A stretch of DNA of 64,000 nucleotides from positions 5,847 to 69,846 of the forward strand of contig CAJVZR010000011.1 of NCBI GenBank assembly GCA_913019965.1, in the 5' to 3' direction. The stretch is from an uncultured Oleispira sp. (GTDB lineage Bacteria > Pseudomonadota > Gammaproteobacteria > Pseudomonadales > Oceanobacteraceae). Both the position numbers and the translations under genes were made by a program. Below, piece by piece: positions 62,275 to 64,000 of this stretch; position 1 is the stretch's first letter; the number at the start of each line of letters is the position of its first letter. Below the pieces are notes generated by a model. It did not search any database and was not told the origin of the DNA. It saw only the letters and a list, made by a program, of their open reading frames with translations.

Positions 62275-64000
62275 TTAACCTTGCTGCAGCAAAGAAATAT
62301 CCGCTATAGCAATAAACAAACCTTGTAGCTGTTTCAATAACGCTAAACGGTTTGTCTTAACGGCTTCATCATCAGCCATTACCATGACGTTATCAAAGAA
62401 GGCATCTACCGCTGCACGCAGGTCTGCAAGAGACGCTAGAGCCTCTTTGTATTGAGCATCAGCAAGTAGTGGCTGAACTTGAGTCTGCTTGCTAGCTAAT
62501 TGCTCGGCCAATATTTTCTCAGCGTCTTCGCTTAGTAGTGATGCATTGATTTCTGCTGATACAGAATCACCACCGTTCTTCGCAAGGATATTAGATACAC
62601 GCTTATTAGCCGCAGCCAAAGCCTGTGCTTCGTCCATGCTAGAGAATGCGTTTACCGCTTGTACACGGTTATTGATATCTAGAGCGTTCGTTACGCCAAG
62701 AGCGCGAACCGCTTGGAAAACTTCAGTAGGAATCTTCTCATCAGAATACCAAGCGCTGAAACGATCTAGCATGTATTCCGTTAGTGTCGCTTTAGTTTCT
62801 GCTTTAGGTTCAGTTTCCCAAGTAGACTCAATGCCCCAGTCGATTAGCTGACCTAGGTCGATATTGATTTCTTTTTCTACCAAGATACGTAATACACCTA
62901 AAGAGGCACGACGTAGAGCAAATGGATCTTTTGAACCGGTAGGGATTTGGCCAAGACCAAATAACCCCACTAGGCTATCAATACGATCGGCTAAAGCTAC
63001 ACAGATACCCGCTTGAGTGGTTGGCAAAGAATCACCCGCAAACGCAGGCATATACTGCTCTTGCATCGCAGCACAAACGTCAGCATGTTCGCCGTCGCCT
63101 TGTGCGTAATACGTTCCTGCAATACCTTGCAAGTCAGTGAATTCATAAACCATATCGGTTAATAAATCCGTCTTACAAAGTTTTGCAGCGCGTTGTGCTA
63201 ATTCTGTATCGGCGTTAATTGCAGTTGCAATTTTAGTTGCCAAAGTAGAAATACGATCAGTCTTGGCTTTCAAAGTGCCAAGCTTATTCACCCATACAAT
63301 GGTATCGAGTTTTTCATAACGGCTTTCTAAGGTATTTTTGCGATCGGTATCCCAGAAGAAAGCAGCATCCGCTAAACGTGGACGAATAACTTTTTCGTTA
63401 CCTTCAATAACTTGTCTTGGATCTTTCGACTCAATGTTGGTTAGGGTAATGAAGATAGGTTTTAGCTGACCATCTTTATCTTCAACGTGGAAATACTTTT
63501 GGTGTTCTTTCATTGAAGAAACTAGCGCTTCACTTGGAACACGCAAGAAGTCTTCGTCGAAGTTGCCGGCAAGCGCCGTTGGCCACTCGTTAAGACCCGT
63601 TACTTCGTCTAAAAGGTCTTCATCGATGATCGCAATGCCACCGACTTCTTCGCCTTTTGCTTTAACCTGATTATTAATCAGTTCTTTACGCTCGTTATAA
63701 TCAACGATCACAAAGGCATCACGCATGGCTTGCTGATAATCAGCTGGAGCAGAGATAGTAATTTCTTTATTAGCGTGGAATCTGTGTCCGCGAGAGGTAT
63801 TGCCCGCCGTTAGACCCAATACTTCACCGTTAACCACTTCGTTGCCGAATAACATGATTAACCACTGCACTGGGCGAACGAATTCGATGCGGCTAGAGCC
63901 CCAACGCATACGCTTAGCGATCGGCAGTTTCTCAACAGAGGCTTGAATAATACCCGCCAACAATTCTGTAGTTGCCTTACCTTCAATGCTGCGAGAGATT
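62275..64000 (-). CDS. glyS: Glycine--tRNA ligase beta subunit, 5' end outside the window
   Basis: KRMRWG...FVRPVQWL, HQKYF, GNEKVIRPRLADAAFF, GSKDPFALRRA, FFDNVMVMADD...NRLALL. Confidence 0.97.
   Translation of the reverse strand, partial: ISRSIEGKATTELLAGIIQASVEKLPIAKRMRWGSSRIEFVRPVQWLIMLFGNEVVNGEVLGLTAGNTSRGHRFHANKEITISAPADYQQAMRDAFVIVDYNERKELINNQVKAKGEEVGGIAIIDEDLLDEVTGLNEWPTALAGNFDEDFLRVPSEALVSSMKEHQKYFHVEDKDGQLKPIFITLTNIESKDPRQVIEGNEKVIRPRLADAAFFWDTDRKNTLESRYEKLDTIVWVNKLGTLKAKTDRISTLATKIATAINADTELAQRAAKLCKTDLLTDMVYEFTDLQGIAGTYYAQGDGEHADVCAAMQEQYMPAFAGDSLPTTQAGICVALADRIDSLVGLFGLGQIPTGSKDPFALRRASLGVLRILVEKEINIDLGQLIDWGIESTWETEPKAETKATLTEYMLDRFSAWYSDEKIPTEVFQAVRALGVTNALDINNRVQAVNAFSSMDEAQALAAANKRVSNILAKNGGDSVSAEINASLLSEDAEKILAEQLASKQTQVQPLLADAQYKEALASLADLRAAVDAFFDNVMVMADDEAVKTNRLALLKQLQGLFIAIADISLLQQG

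Overview
This window spans the chromosomal replication origin of a moderately AT-rich gammaproteobacterium. Gene order is Pseudomonas/Oceanospirillales-like; the taxonomy is inference and a gyrB or dnaA search would settle it. The core scaffold, left to right, is uvrD (partial), an RpiR/HexR-family regulator, glmS-glmU, atpIBEFHAGDC, parB-parA-rsmG, mnmG, mnmE, yidC-yidD-rnpA-rpmH, oriC, dnaA-dnaN-recF-gyrB, gmhB and glyS (partial). There are two DnaA-box clusters (rpmH-dnaA and upstream of mnmG) and two perfect parS palindromes inside recF. Accessory inserts break normally contiguous gene pairs. (1) A TrmB-like regulator, a DHH/DHHA1 phosphoesterase and ubiV-ubiU/ubiT with an FNR-like box lie between glmU and atpC. 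(2) A TetR gene lacking a canonical start and a secreted beta-solenoid-like protein with a GlyGly-CTERM-like tail lie between atpI and parB. (3) A sugar O-acetyltransferase and a 156-bp hairpin element lie between mnmG and rsmG. (4) A lipoprotein and a candidate orphan pore-forming toxin/immunity pair lie downstream of mnmE. (5) About 20 kb between gyrB and gmhB holds a cytochrome c', a lipoprotein, a rearranged aryl-polyene-type type II PKS cluster with its own PPTase, and a transporter. No rRNA, tRNA, CRISPR array, integrase or transposase was seen. All family assignments are from motif reading and recall, not database searches.
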